Source: Sphingobacteriia bacterium (GTDB taxonomy: Bacteria > Bacteroidota > Bacteroidia > NS11-12g > UBA9320). From it: a stretch of 64,000 bases of DNA. The notes below the pieces were generated by a model. That model did no database searches. It saw only the letters and a list, made by a program, of their open reading frames with translations, and was not told the origin of the DNA. Location of the stretch: assembly GCA_008080835.1 (NCBI GenBank), contig VMDK01000027.1:1514-65513 (forward strand), written 5' to 3'. Both the position numbers and the translations under genes were made by a program. The stretch's first letter is position 1. Each line of letters starts with the position of its first letter. This document shows positions 56,843-64,000 of this stretch, piece by piece.

Positions 56843-58237
56843 ATGCGAAAAATCTTAGGATTACTCTTCCTCAGTTTGGTATTGTATGGAGCGTCATTCG
56901 GACAAACCAAGATCACCCCGAATGAGTATATCGACAAGTACAAGGACTACGCCGTGATCGAGATGCATCGATCCGGTGTACCAGCAAGTATTACCCTCTC
57001 TCAGGGAATGCTGGAAAGCAGCAACGGGAATAGCCGATTGGCGACAAAAGCCATGAATCACTTCGGCATCAAGTGTAAATCCACCTGGACCGGAGGGGTC
57101 ATTTATGCCGATGATGACGCTCCCGATGAGTGTTTTCGAGCATATAAGAGCGTACTTGAATCTTATAGAGATCACAGCGATTTCCTGCGCAACAACTGGA
57201 GATACCACGCATTGTTCGACCTGAACCCTACCGACTATAAAGGATGGGCCAAAGGGTTGAGACAAGCAGGTTATGCCACCAATAATCAGTATCACACGAT
57301 CTTGATCAGTTTGATCGAACGACATGAGCTTTACAAGTATGATCTGATGCCGGTTCCGCAAAAGAATGATGCACTGATCAGCAACAACAAGGTACCGGCG
57401 ATCTATGCCCCAAAGAACAGTTCAGCCAAAGTGATCGCTGATGAGCATCATCTGAAGCCGAAGCACATTTACAAATACAACGACCTCGAAAAGGGAAGCG
57501 AGATCAATGAAGGTGACCTCATTTACCTGAAGCCCAAGCGCAGAAAAGGAAGCGTTCCTTCACACACCGTTGGGGAAGGCGAATCCATGTACATGATCGC
57601 TCAGACGTACGGTATAAAGCTCAAGCATCTGTACAAAAAGAACCGCATGGATCAAGGCTCTGAAGCCAAACCAGGTGAAACTTTGTATCTGCAGAAGAAA
57701 AGAAATAAGGAAGATGAGGTCAAGACCCGCAACGAGCAGGAAATGGCAGCGCTAGAGATCATCAAGGACAATTTCGTGAACCCGAATTCCATAGAGGTCG
57801 AAAAAGCGCCACCCATCGAAAGAGTCGAGATCGAAGTTCCCGATTTTCACATCGTAGCTAAGGGAGACAACATCTACAGGATCTCCGAGAAATACCACGT
57901 GTTGGAAGAAGACATCATCAAATGGAACGGTTTGACAAGCATGCAAGTGACGGTTGGACAGAAGCTCTATTTGCATGAGCGCAAAGGAGCTGAAGCACCT
58001 GAAAAGATCATCGTGAATGAAACGGAAGAGGTCGTTGAGATCGTAGAAGAAGAAAATATCATCAGCACCGAAACTGAAACCGAAGAGGAATCATCCAAAT
58101 TTCACGTCGTTCAGGCAGGAGAAACACTCTATCGAATTTGCAAGAAATACGATGTCTCACAAGATGACATCATGCGCTGGAATGATATGGCCACAACGAC
58201 CATCTACGAAGGTCAAAGACTTCGAATAGCAGAATAG
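56843..58237 (+). CDS. Peptidoglycan hydrolase: N-acetylglucosaminidase (FlgJ/Acm-type) domain followed by three LysM repeats
   Basis: Signal peptide. Glucosaminidase motif ITLSQGMLESSNGNSRLA...NHFGIK. Three LysM-like units (HTVGEGESMYMIAQTYGIKLKHLYKKNRM, HIVAKGDNIYRISEKYHVLEEDIIKWNGL, HVVQAGETLYRICKKYDVSQDDIMRWNDM). Confidence 0.75.
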   Translation: MRKILGLLFLSLVLYGASFGQTKITPNEYIDKYKDYAVIEMHRSGVPASITLSQGMLESSNGNSRLATKAMNHFGIKCKSTWTGGVIYADDDAPDECFRAYKSVLESYRDHSDFLRNNWRYHALFDLNPTDYKGWAKGLRQAGYATNNQYHTILISLIERHELYKYDLMPVPQKNDALISNNKVPAIYAPKNSSAKVIADEHHLKPKHIYKYNDLEKGSEINEGDLIYLKPKRRKGSVPSHTVGEGESMYMIAQTYGIKLKHLYKKNRMDQGSEAKPGETLYLQKKRNKEDEVKTRNEQEMAALEIIKDNFVNPNSIEVEKAPPIERVEIEVPDFHIVAKGDNIYRISEKYHVLEEDIIKWNGLTSMQVTVGQKLYLHERKGAEAPEKIIVNETEEVVEIVEEENIISTETETEEESSKFHVVQAGETLYRICKKYDVSQDDIMRWNDMATTTIYEGQRLRIAE

Positions 58238-58240
58238 ATC

Positions 58241-59695
58241 ATGAGTCCTCAGCTGATCATCGGACTTATCCTCGCCTATTTCGGGCTCCTCATTTTCATT
58301 TCCTGGATCACGAGTCGTAAGTCAGATGTAAAATCCTTTTACCTGGGCAATCGTCAGGCTCCATGGTATCTGGTATCCTTTGGTATGATAGGTGCCACGC
58401 TGAGCGGGGTCACATTCATATCGGTCCCGGGTATGATCGGAAACATCGATCACATCAACGGTCAGTTCAGCTATTTCCAGGTGATCCTGGGGTATATCAT
58501 CGGTTATTGGGTGATCGCCGGGTTGCTCCTGCCGATCTATTACCGCATGAATCTGACTTCCATCTACGGATATTTACGTGAACGATTTGGTTGGCGCAGT
58601 CATAAGACCGGTGCGGGATTCTTCCTGTTCTCCAGGGTCATTGGAGCAGCGTTCCGACTCTACCTGGTGGCGACAGTCATGCAGGCTTTCATATTCGATC
58701 CGTGGGACGTACCTTTCTGGGTCACGGTCTCTATCACGATCGGATTCATTTGGGTGTATACGTTTCGGAGTGGGATCAAGACGATCATCTATACCGACAC
58801 ACTGCAAACCTTCTTCATGCTCACCGCTGTGTTTCTGACTGTGCGTTACGTGCTTCAGACACTAGACCTGGATTCGGTGTCCGCGATAAAGGATGCGATG
58901 GCTCAGTACGACATCAAACAGACGTTCTTCTGGGATGGGTCGGAGCGAAATTTCTTCAAGCAATTCCTGAGCGGCTTCTTTCTGGCGATCGTAATGACCG
59001 GACTGGATCAGGACATGATGCAAAAGAACCTGAGTTGTAAGAACATCGGGGAGGCTCAGAAGAATATGTACACGCTCAGTGTGACCATGTTCTTCGTCAA
59101 TACTCTTTTCGTATTGTTTGGGGCACTTTTATATGTTTACGCACATTCCAGAGGAATAGCCATTCCTGAAAACCGAGATCTGCTCTACCCTACACTTGCA
59201 CTGCAACATTTCGACCTCAGCATAGGGATACTATTCATTCTTGGGTTGATCGCAGCCGCATATTCCAGTGCCGACTCTGCACTTACTTCGCTTACCACAT
59301 CCTTTGTGGTGGATATCCTCGAATTCGACCGCAAAGGAGAAAGGCCGAGATTGCGCCTATTCATTCACATCGGATTTTCCCTCCTGCTGCTAGCTGTGAT
59401 CGTGGTGTTCCGATATTGGGTAGACGATAGTGTCTTGACTTCACTATTCAGAATTGCGGGACTCACGTACGGGCCTTTACTCGGGCTCTATTTCTTTGGG
59501 ATATTTTTCAAAGGGAAACTCTCTGACAAACTGGTTCCGATCATTTGCATTGGCTCCGCATTGATCTCTTTCATCCTCGTTAAAAACGCCGAAGATTGGT
59601 TCAATATGCGCATCGGATTTGAGATCCTGATCTACAATGGTTTCCTTACATTTGTCGGCCTCTGGATCGGCTCTCGTTTTCATAGCGAGCAGTAG
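58241..59695 (+). CDS. Sodium:solute symporter family transporter
   Basis: 484 aa, about 13 TM helices. SSF N-terminal signature (GNRQAPWYLVSFGMIGATLSGVTFISVPG). Confidence 0.85.
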   Translation: MSPQLIIGLILAYFGLLIFISWITSRKSDVKSFYLGNRQAPWYLVSFGMIGATLSGVTFISVPGMIGNIDHINGQFSYFQVILGYIIGYWVIAGLLLPIYYRMNLTSIYGYLRERFGWRSHKTGAGFFLFSRVIGAAFRLYLVATVMQAFIFDPWDVPFWVTVSITIGFIWVYTFRSGIKTIIYTDTLQTFFMLTAVFLTVRYVLQTLDLDSVSAIKDAMAQYDIKQTFFWDGSERNFFKQFLSGFFLAIVMTGLDQDMMQKNLSCKNIGEAQKNMYTLSVTMFFVNTLFVLFGALLYVYAHSRGIAIPENRDLLYPTLALQHFDLSIGILFILGLIAAAYSSADSALTSLTTSFVVDILEFDRKGERPRLRLFIHIGFSLLLLAVIVVFRYWVDDSVLTSLFRIAGLTYGPLLGLYFFGIFFKGKLSDKLVPIICIGSALISFILVKNAEDWFNMRIGFEILIYNGFLTFVGLWIGSRFHSEQ

Positions 59696-59769
59696 ATAGA
59701 TGACCCATCGGGTCTGAGTTGACAACGAATCAGGGAAAACTGCGTTATATATAATTCAGAACACTTAGT

Positions 59770-60474
59770 ATGGACGAGGAAAGAATCAAGAAAGCATTTG
59801 AGATCAAACAATGGCCTGAGAGAAAGAGTTCCGACAGCTGGAACATCTTCAAGGTAATGGCCGAATTCGTGGATGGATACGATCGCTTGGCGAGTATCGG
59901 TCCATGTGTTTCGATCTTTGGTTCTGCCCGAACTAAGCCTGATCACCCGTACTATAAAATGGGTGTTGAGATCGCCAGCAAACTGAGTGATGCGGGATTA
60001 GGAGTCATCACCGGTGGTGGACCGGGAATCATGGAAGCTGCTAACAAAGGAGCTCATGATAAACACGGTGCGTCAGTGGGTTTGAATATAAACCTTCCAT
60101 TCGAACAAGTTGCAAACGAATATATCGATGAGGACAAACTCATCAACTTCAATTTCTTCTTCGTGCGTAAGGTGATGTTCATGAAGTACGCGCAAGGATT
60201 CATTGTCTTGCCGGGTGGATTTGGAACCCTCGACGAGTTGTTCGAGGCACTCACGCTGGTACAGACCAAGAAAACAGCCAATTTCCCGGTAATCCTGGTC
60301 GGTACAGATTTCTGGAGTGGCTTGCTCGATTGGATCAAGGCCACGATGCTGGAGAAGGAGCAGAACATCAGTCCTGAGGACATGTTCCTTTTCAAATTGG
60401 TCGACACAGCCGATGAAGCCGTAGAAGAGATCTTCGAATTCTACAGCAAGTACGCGATGAGCTTGAACTTCTAG
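59770..60474 (+). CDS. LOG-family nucleotide hydrolase (cytokinin riboside 5'-monophosphate phosphoribohydrolase-like; TIGR00730)
   Basis: VFGSARTKPDHPYY...GGGPGIMEAANKGA...PGGFGTLDELFE are LOG family signatures. 234 aa. Confidence 0.85.
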   Translation: MDEERIKKAFEIKQWPERKSSDSWNIFKVMAEFVDGYDRLASIGPCVSIFGSARTKPDHPYYKMGVEIASKLSDAGLGVITGGGPGIMEAANKGAHDKHGASVGLNINLPFEQVANEYIDEDKLINFNFFFVRKVMFMKYAQGFIVLPGGFGTLDELFEALTLVQTKKTANFPVILVGTDFWSGLLDWIKATMLEKEQNISPEDMFLFKLVDTADEAVEEIFEFYSKYAMSLNF

Positions 60475-60486
60475 AGAATTTCAAGG

Positions 60487-60561
60487 CAGGATCTCATGCC
60501 TCATATGCACCAAAGGGTCTTCTTCGAGAGACCCTTTGGACATTCCTAAAGGAGATCCTGC
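60487..60561. terminator. Nested palindrome (10-bp outer and 11-bp inner stems) in the convergent gap; candidate bidirectional terminator or structured RNA
   Basis: Outer gcaggatctc (60487-60496) / gagatcctgc (60552-60561). Inner ccaaagggtct (60510-60520) / agaccctttgg (60529-60539) with 8-nt loop. No U-tract. Confidence 0.45.
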
Positions 60562-60566
60562 GGTTA

Positions 60567-63500
60567 TCAATTCTGCGACACGTCCGGATCTTTTCTTCGG
60601 AATCGTATCCTGTCGAATTGTGTGCGGAAGAAGAATCCGACTCCCGTTGTAGTGATGTTGTTTATGGCACCTAAAGTCGGGTCGTTCGCGAGTTTCTGGA
60701 ATGCCTTCACTCGTACTTTACCGTCTTCTTTTACATTGTAGACCAAGTTCAGGTTATACGGATTCCTGCCGTTATTGGTGTAGGCATCCACTGAGCCCGC
60801 TATCTCCAGACGGTCATTGAACAATTTCCTGCGCACAGAAAGTATGAGTTCTGCATTCTGTTCGGCATTCTCCGGTTGCCAGTCGAACCCGAATTCCCAG
60901 TTCTGATTGTATTGCGAAAGCCAGTTGTTGATCTGTCCACTTAGGAAAGAACTCAAGTTGTTGTTCACGGTTTGTGAGATATTGTTCGCATTGAATCCTT
61001 CCGATTGATAATTGTAAAAGTTCGTTGGAGAGAAGGAACCGAACGTCACCAGCGAGAAGACCTGTCTGTTCAATTCGTCCTCATCCTTTCGCACACGGTT
61101 AAGGATGGATAAGAACTCACTTCCTCCGCTGATCGATGCACTTTCCGGTAGATCAATGCCAAAGCTGATCTCCGGGTTGAACAATTCGCCGCGCAAGAAC
61201 AGCAGCACATCTACAGGGATCTCTCCTTGATATTTACCCTCGCTAATAAAGCCGCTACCCAGCATAAGGTGATACGGCTTGGCCTTGTTCCTGCGGATCG
61301 ATGCTTCCATGTCGATATAGGCATTATAAGGATCACCATCCCAACGAATCTTACTTCCCTTTTTCAGGGTAAAGCGCTCGCTTACGAGCATTGGAGAAGA
61401 GAATGGATAATACCCTTCGGTCACCTCGAAATCTCCAAACATGAAGAAATCCCCGTAGGTGTTCATCTCGATCTTCACGGAACCAATTCCGCGACCGTAG
61501 ATCTTGTCATCCAGTAGTTCATCGAATAGCAGCTCGAATTCAGCGTCTTCATTGACCTTGAAGATCATGTCCATCGTGATGCCTTCAATGTCTCTGGTAG
61601 CTTTCTTGACCACCTTATTGCTTTGATCAACGAAGGATACGTATTCAACCAAGGCGTTCTCGTTATCAGAATAAACCGGTATGTATAGCTTGGTACCCTT
61701 ATTCGATTCAGCGTTGATCTTCAGGTAAATATCATCAAGTGGCCCTTTGAACTCAATGTAACCGGTTCCGTACGCCTTTCCGTAGAACAAGTCATTATCC
61801 TCTTTCGTGGTGTTCATGGCCAATATGCTCTTGGCCTCCACCACGCTCAGATCGAGGACAAAATCATCGAAGAGATCATGCTTTATGCTCCCTTTTGCCT
61901 TGGCGGTATGTCCTTCTGGGTCCTTGATGCTCACATTGCTCAAGTCGATGGATCTTTGGGAGATGGAAACCCGGTCGTTCAGGATGAAATCCGTGTTGAG
62001 ATAATCGACTTTGAATGCGACGTTCTTCATATCCATAAATCCACTGAGATCGGGATCATCAAAGCTTCCTTTCAATTTCATACGCGCATTCACAACTCCC
62101 CGGAAATTCGAAGCCAGCCCACTGAAGATGTTCTCAAATGGTTTCACACTTCCCTGATTCAACACTAGGTCGAGATCGAAGTTGTTGTGTTGCGTTCTCC
62201 AATCAACTCGACCATAGGTCCTGAGGTTCTTGAACATCCCTTCTTCTATACTCGCGTCAATGTCCATGACCAACGGATGCTCATTGGAGGTGGAAATGAT
62301 CTTAAAGTTCCCCAGCGTATCACCATTGAAAACAAGGTCCTGAACCCTGAAATTTGCCTTCAAGAGCGGTCTGTCGAGCACCTGGTGCACATCGATGGTC
62401 CCGTTGGCGAATCCATAAACCTGCACATCCTGAGACGCAATGATGGGATTGATATTGGAAAGCTGGAATTGATTGAGCCAAATGGAGATCTTTTGATCCT
62501 TCTCAGATCCAATTCGACCGGTCAGGTACGCCGTTTCACCCTGCGAACTCAGCTCGAGGATCTCGATTACTGATTGCCCGTTCGTGAAGAAGAAGTTGTT
62601 CTTGTCGTTGATATCCCACCTTCTTCCGTAGCTGTACAAATGTGATTGCTCCAAACGCAATTGGATGGTATCGTCACCCAAGTGGAGTAATCCAAAGCTT
62701 CGCAGAGCTATGGCATCCGAAGTATCGGATACGTTCAGCAGGAAATCCACATCGTTTGGAAGAATACTAGCATTGAGCACCACTGAATGTGCAATGGATG
62801 AATCATTTTGCAACACAGAGCTGACATCGGTGGTCATGTTCAACAACTGGTGTGGTTTCTTGCGGATGTTCAGGAAATAGTCTTTGAGCACGTAGCTCCC
62901 TCTGGCGATCTCGTCCATACGCCCGTCTATCGCCAGACTTTTTTCCGCGGAATGATATTCACCGACAAAGGTTCCGTTACCCAGCTCGACACCATATGGC
63001 ATGATCAGATCAAGCAGGTCACTCTGACGGATCTTGGCGTTGGCAGTGATCACAACCGGCTTTTTCATCGGATACTTGACCTCGTAATAGTCCGGGAACA
63101 AGGTTTCCAGGAAATCGGCGTAAACCCGGTTCAGCTCACTGAAAAGGAAGTTCCCTTTCAGATCCACATCGGCAAAATCTGTTCGAAGGATGATGCTGCG
63201 TTCGTCATTCTTGTAGCCCGAGCTGGCAAATAAATTGTTGATGCCGTAACTCTCTCCTTGCCTTAGGATCCTCAGATCCGTAGCGCTCAGCATCCCGTTG
63301 ATCTGGTCGATGTGATTTCCAACGAGGTTCACATCAATATTAGCGCTGGCTATGCTCTTGACGGAGTCCAGCTTGAAGGCCAGGAGGTCGAATCTCTCGA
63401 TCGAGGAGGTGAACTTGTACATTGACAACGCTCCTGTGAAATCCATGGTTCCGTTAAAGGTGAACTTCGCCTTTTGATCATCGCAGGTCGCCGAACCTTC

Positions 63501-64000
63501 AAAACTACCTGATGTGAAATGCCCTTCGGCATCAATATTCTTGACCTCTGTTCCGCGGATCACGATTCGATCCACAGTAGAAGTCACATCTCCCTGGAGG
63601 TCACTTCGGTTGCTCCCGGATGCATTGTCGAGGGCGATCTTGAAATCGCTTGTTCCCAGTTCTTCGGTACCGAGTAACTTTCCGATATCGAATGTTTTAC
63701 CATCTACTTTCCCATCGAAATGAAGCATGTCCTTCTCATCTGTTGTGATATGGACATTTGCCGTAAGAAGTCCGAGTGCAGACTGGGCAGAACCATCTAG
63801 TGCGAAATCATTCAGGAACCCGGTGGCAAAACCCCGAAATCTCATTTTACCGAATTTATGGATCTCTTCTGGCAGTTCGCGCTGGATGAGACTCTCTATG
63901 TCCGTCGCAAAAGTGGTCGCATTGTCGATGTCGAGATCGACGTATGTGGTGTTGACATTGGGCAAACCCTTCATTCGCAGATCCCCTTCCAGCGAAGTAT
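60567..64000 (-). CDS. Very large secreted/envelope protein, TamB/AsmA-like (DUF490-type C-terminus), 5'-truncated by the window end
   Basis: More than 1135 aa. The frame is open past 64000 (upstream codons ...TSLKGDLR before the first ATG at 63974). Repetitive beta-rich sequence. C-terminal ...GVGFFFRTQFDRIRFRR. Confidence 0.4.
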   Translation of the reverse strand, partial: TSLEGDLRMKGLPNVNTTYVDLDIDNATTFATDIESLIQRELPEEIHKFGKMRFRGFATGFLNDFALDGSAQSALGLLTANVHITTDEKDMLHFDGKVDGKTFDIGKLLGTEELGTSDFKIALDNASGSNRSDLQGDVTSTVDRIVIRGTEVKNIDAEGHFTSGSFEGSATCDDQKAKFTFNGTMDFTGALSMYKFTSSIERFDLLAFKLDSVKSIASANIDVNLVGNHIDQINGMLSATDLRILRQGESYGINNLFASSGYKNDERSIILRTDFADVDLKGNFLFSELNRVYADFLETLFPDYYEVKYPMKKPVVITANAKIRQSDLLDLIMPYGVELGNGTFVGEYHSAEKSLAIDGRMDEIARGSYVLKDYFLNIRKKPHQLLNMTTDVSSVLQNDSSIAHSVVLNASILPNDVDFLLNVSDTSDAIALRSFGLLHLGDDTIQLRLEQSHLYSYGRRWDINDKNNFFFTNGQSVIEILELSSQGETAYLTGRIGSEKDQKISIWLNQFQLSNINPIIASQDVQVYGFANGTIDVHQVLDRPLLKANFRVQDLVFNGDTLGNFKIISTSNEHPLVMDIDASIEEGMFKNLRTYGRVDWRTQHNNFDLDLVLNQGSVKPFENIFSGLASNFRGVVNARMKLKGSFDDPDLSGFMDMKNVAFKVDYLNTDFILNDRVSISQRSIDLSNVSIKDPEGHTAKAKGSIKHDLFDDFVLDLSVVEAKSILAMNTTKEDNDLFYGKAYGTGYIEFKGPLDDIYLKINAESNKGTKLYIPVYSDNENALVEYVSFVDQSNKVVKKATRDIEGITMDMIFKVNEDAEFELLFDELLDDKIYGRGIGSVKIEMNTYGDFFMFGDFEVTEGYYPFSSPMLVSERFTLKKGSKIRWDGDPYNAYIDMEASIRRNKAKPYHLMLGSGFISEGKYQGEIPVDVLLFLRGELFNPEISFGIDLPESASISGGSEFLSILNRVRKDEDELNRQVFSLVTFGSFSPTNFYNYQSEGFNANNISQTVNNNLSSFLSGQINNWLSQYNQNWEFGFDWQPENAEQNAELILSVRRKLFNDRLEIAGSVDAYTNNGRNPYNLNLVYNVKEDGKVRVKAFQKLANDPTLGAINNITTTGVGFFFRTQFDRIRFRRKDPDVSQN

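Noticed and set aside
1-64000. CRISPR arrays, prophage, integrase or transposase genes, toxin-antitoxin pairs
   Set aside because: No direct-repeat arrays with unique spacers, no recombinase-like ORFs and no small paired ORFs with TA-like features were seen. The window appears to be a core chromosomal region.

Overview
The window is a 64 kb chromosomal segment, about 49% GC, from a Bacteroidota-type genome. It carries a SusC/SusD pair, BamD, Bacteroidetes-style RpoZ, DUF4290, DUF4139, a GldB-like lipoprotein and Bacteroides-style TTG / TAnnTTTG promoter motifs. Most of the window is tightly packed core genes. Envelope and cell-wall functions include mrcA (PBP1a), an LptD-like protein, an Amidase_3, an MlaD-like protein, BamD, murA, a LysM glucosaminidase and a TamB-like protein. 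Metabolic and housekeeping genes are pyrD, a fumarylacetoacetase, nadE, coaBC, fumC, dcd, comA-like, an aldehyde dehydrogenase and a LOG-family protein, together with glyQS, rpsT, the dnaJ-grpE pair, rpoZ and radC. There is a System-I cytochrome c maturation cluster (ccmC-D-E-F, translationally coupled, plus a DUF2520 Rossmann gene) with a DsbD and a stand-alone nDsbD-like paralog nearby. No tRNA, rRNA, CRISPR array or transposase was found. The observations most worth follow-up are: (i) a four-helix-bundle (23S-IVS-type) gene interrupted by an in-frame amber codon and flanked by short inverted repeats, next to a 75-nt nested palindromic element downstream of fumC; (ii) a short sequence motif shared by two convergent intergenic regions, one of which also carries a 19-bp-arm hairpin; (iii) an unusually long (about 390 bp) AGTGT-rich non-coding region upstream of glyQS; (iv) a CcmE carrying the CxxxY rather than HxxxY heme-binding motif; (v) a roughly 1000-aa M1 metallopeptidase with a C-terminal beta-barrel-like domain ending in Phe; (vi) two GT-C-like polytopic membrane proteins flanking rpsT-radC; and (vii) a possible sulfonolipid link through an alpha-oxoamine synthase homolog and a phosphosulfolactate-synthase homolog. 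All functional calls are by eye from motifs and recollected family signatures; none were verified by search.
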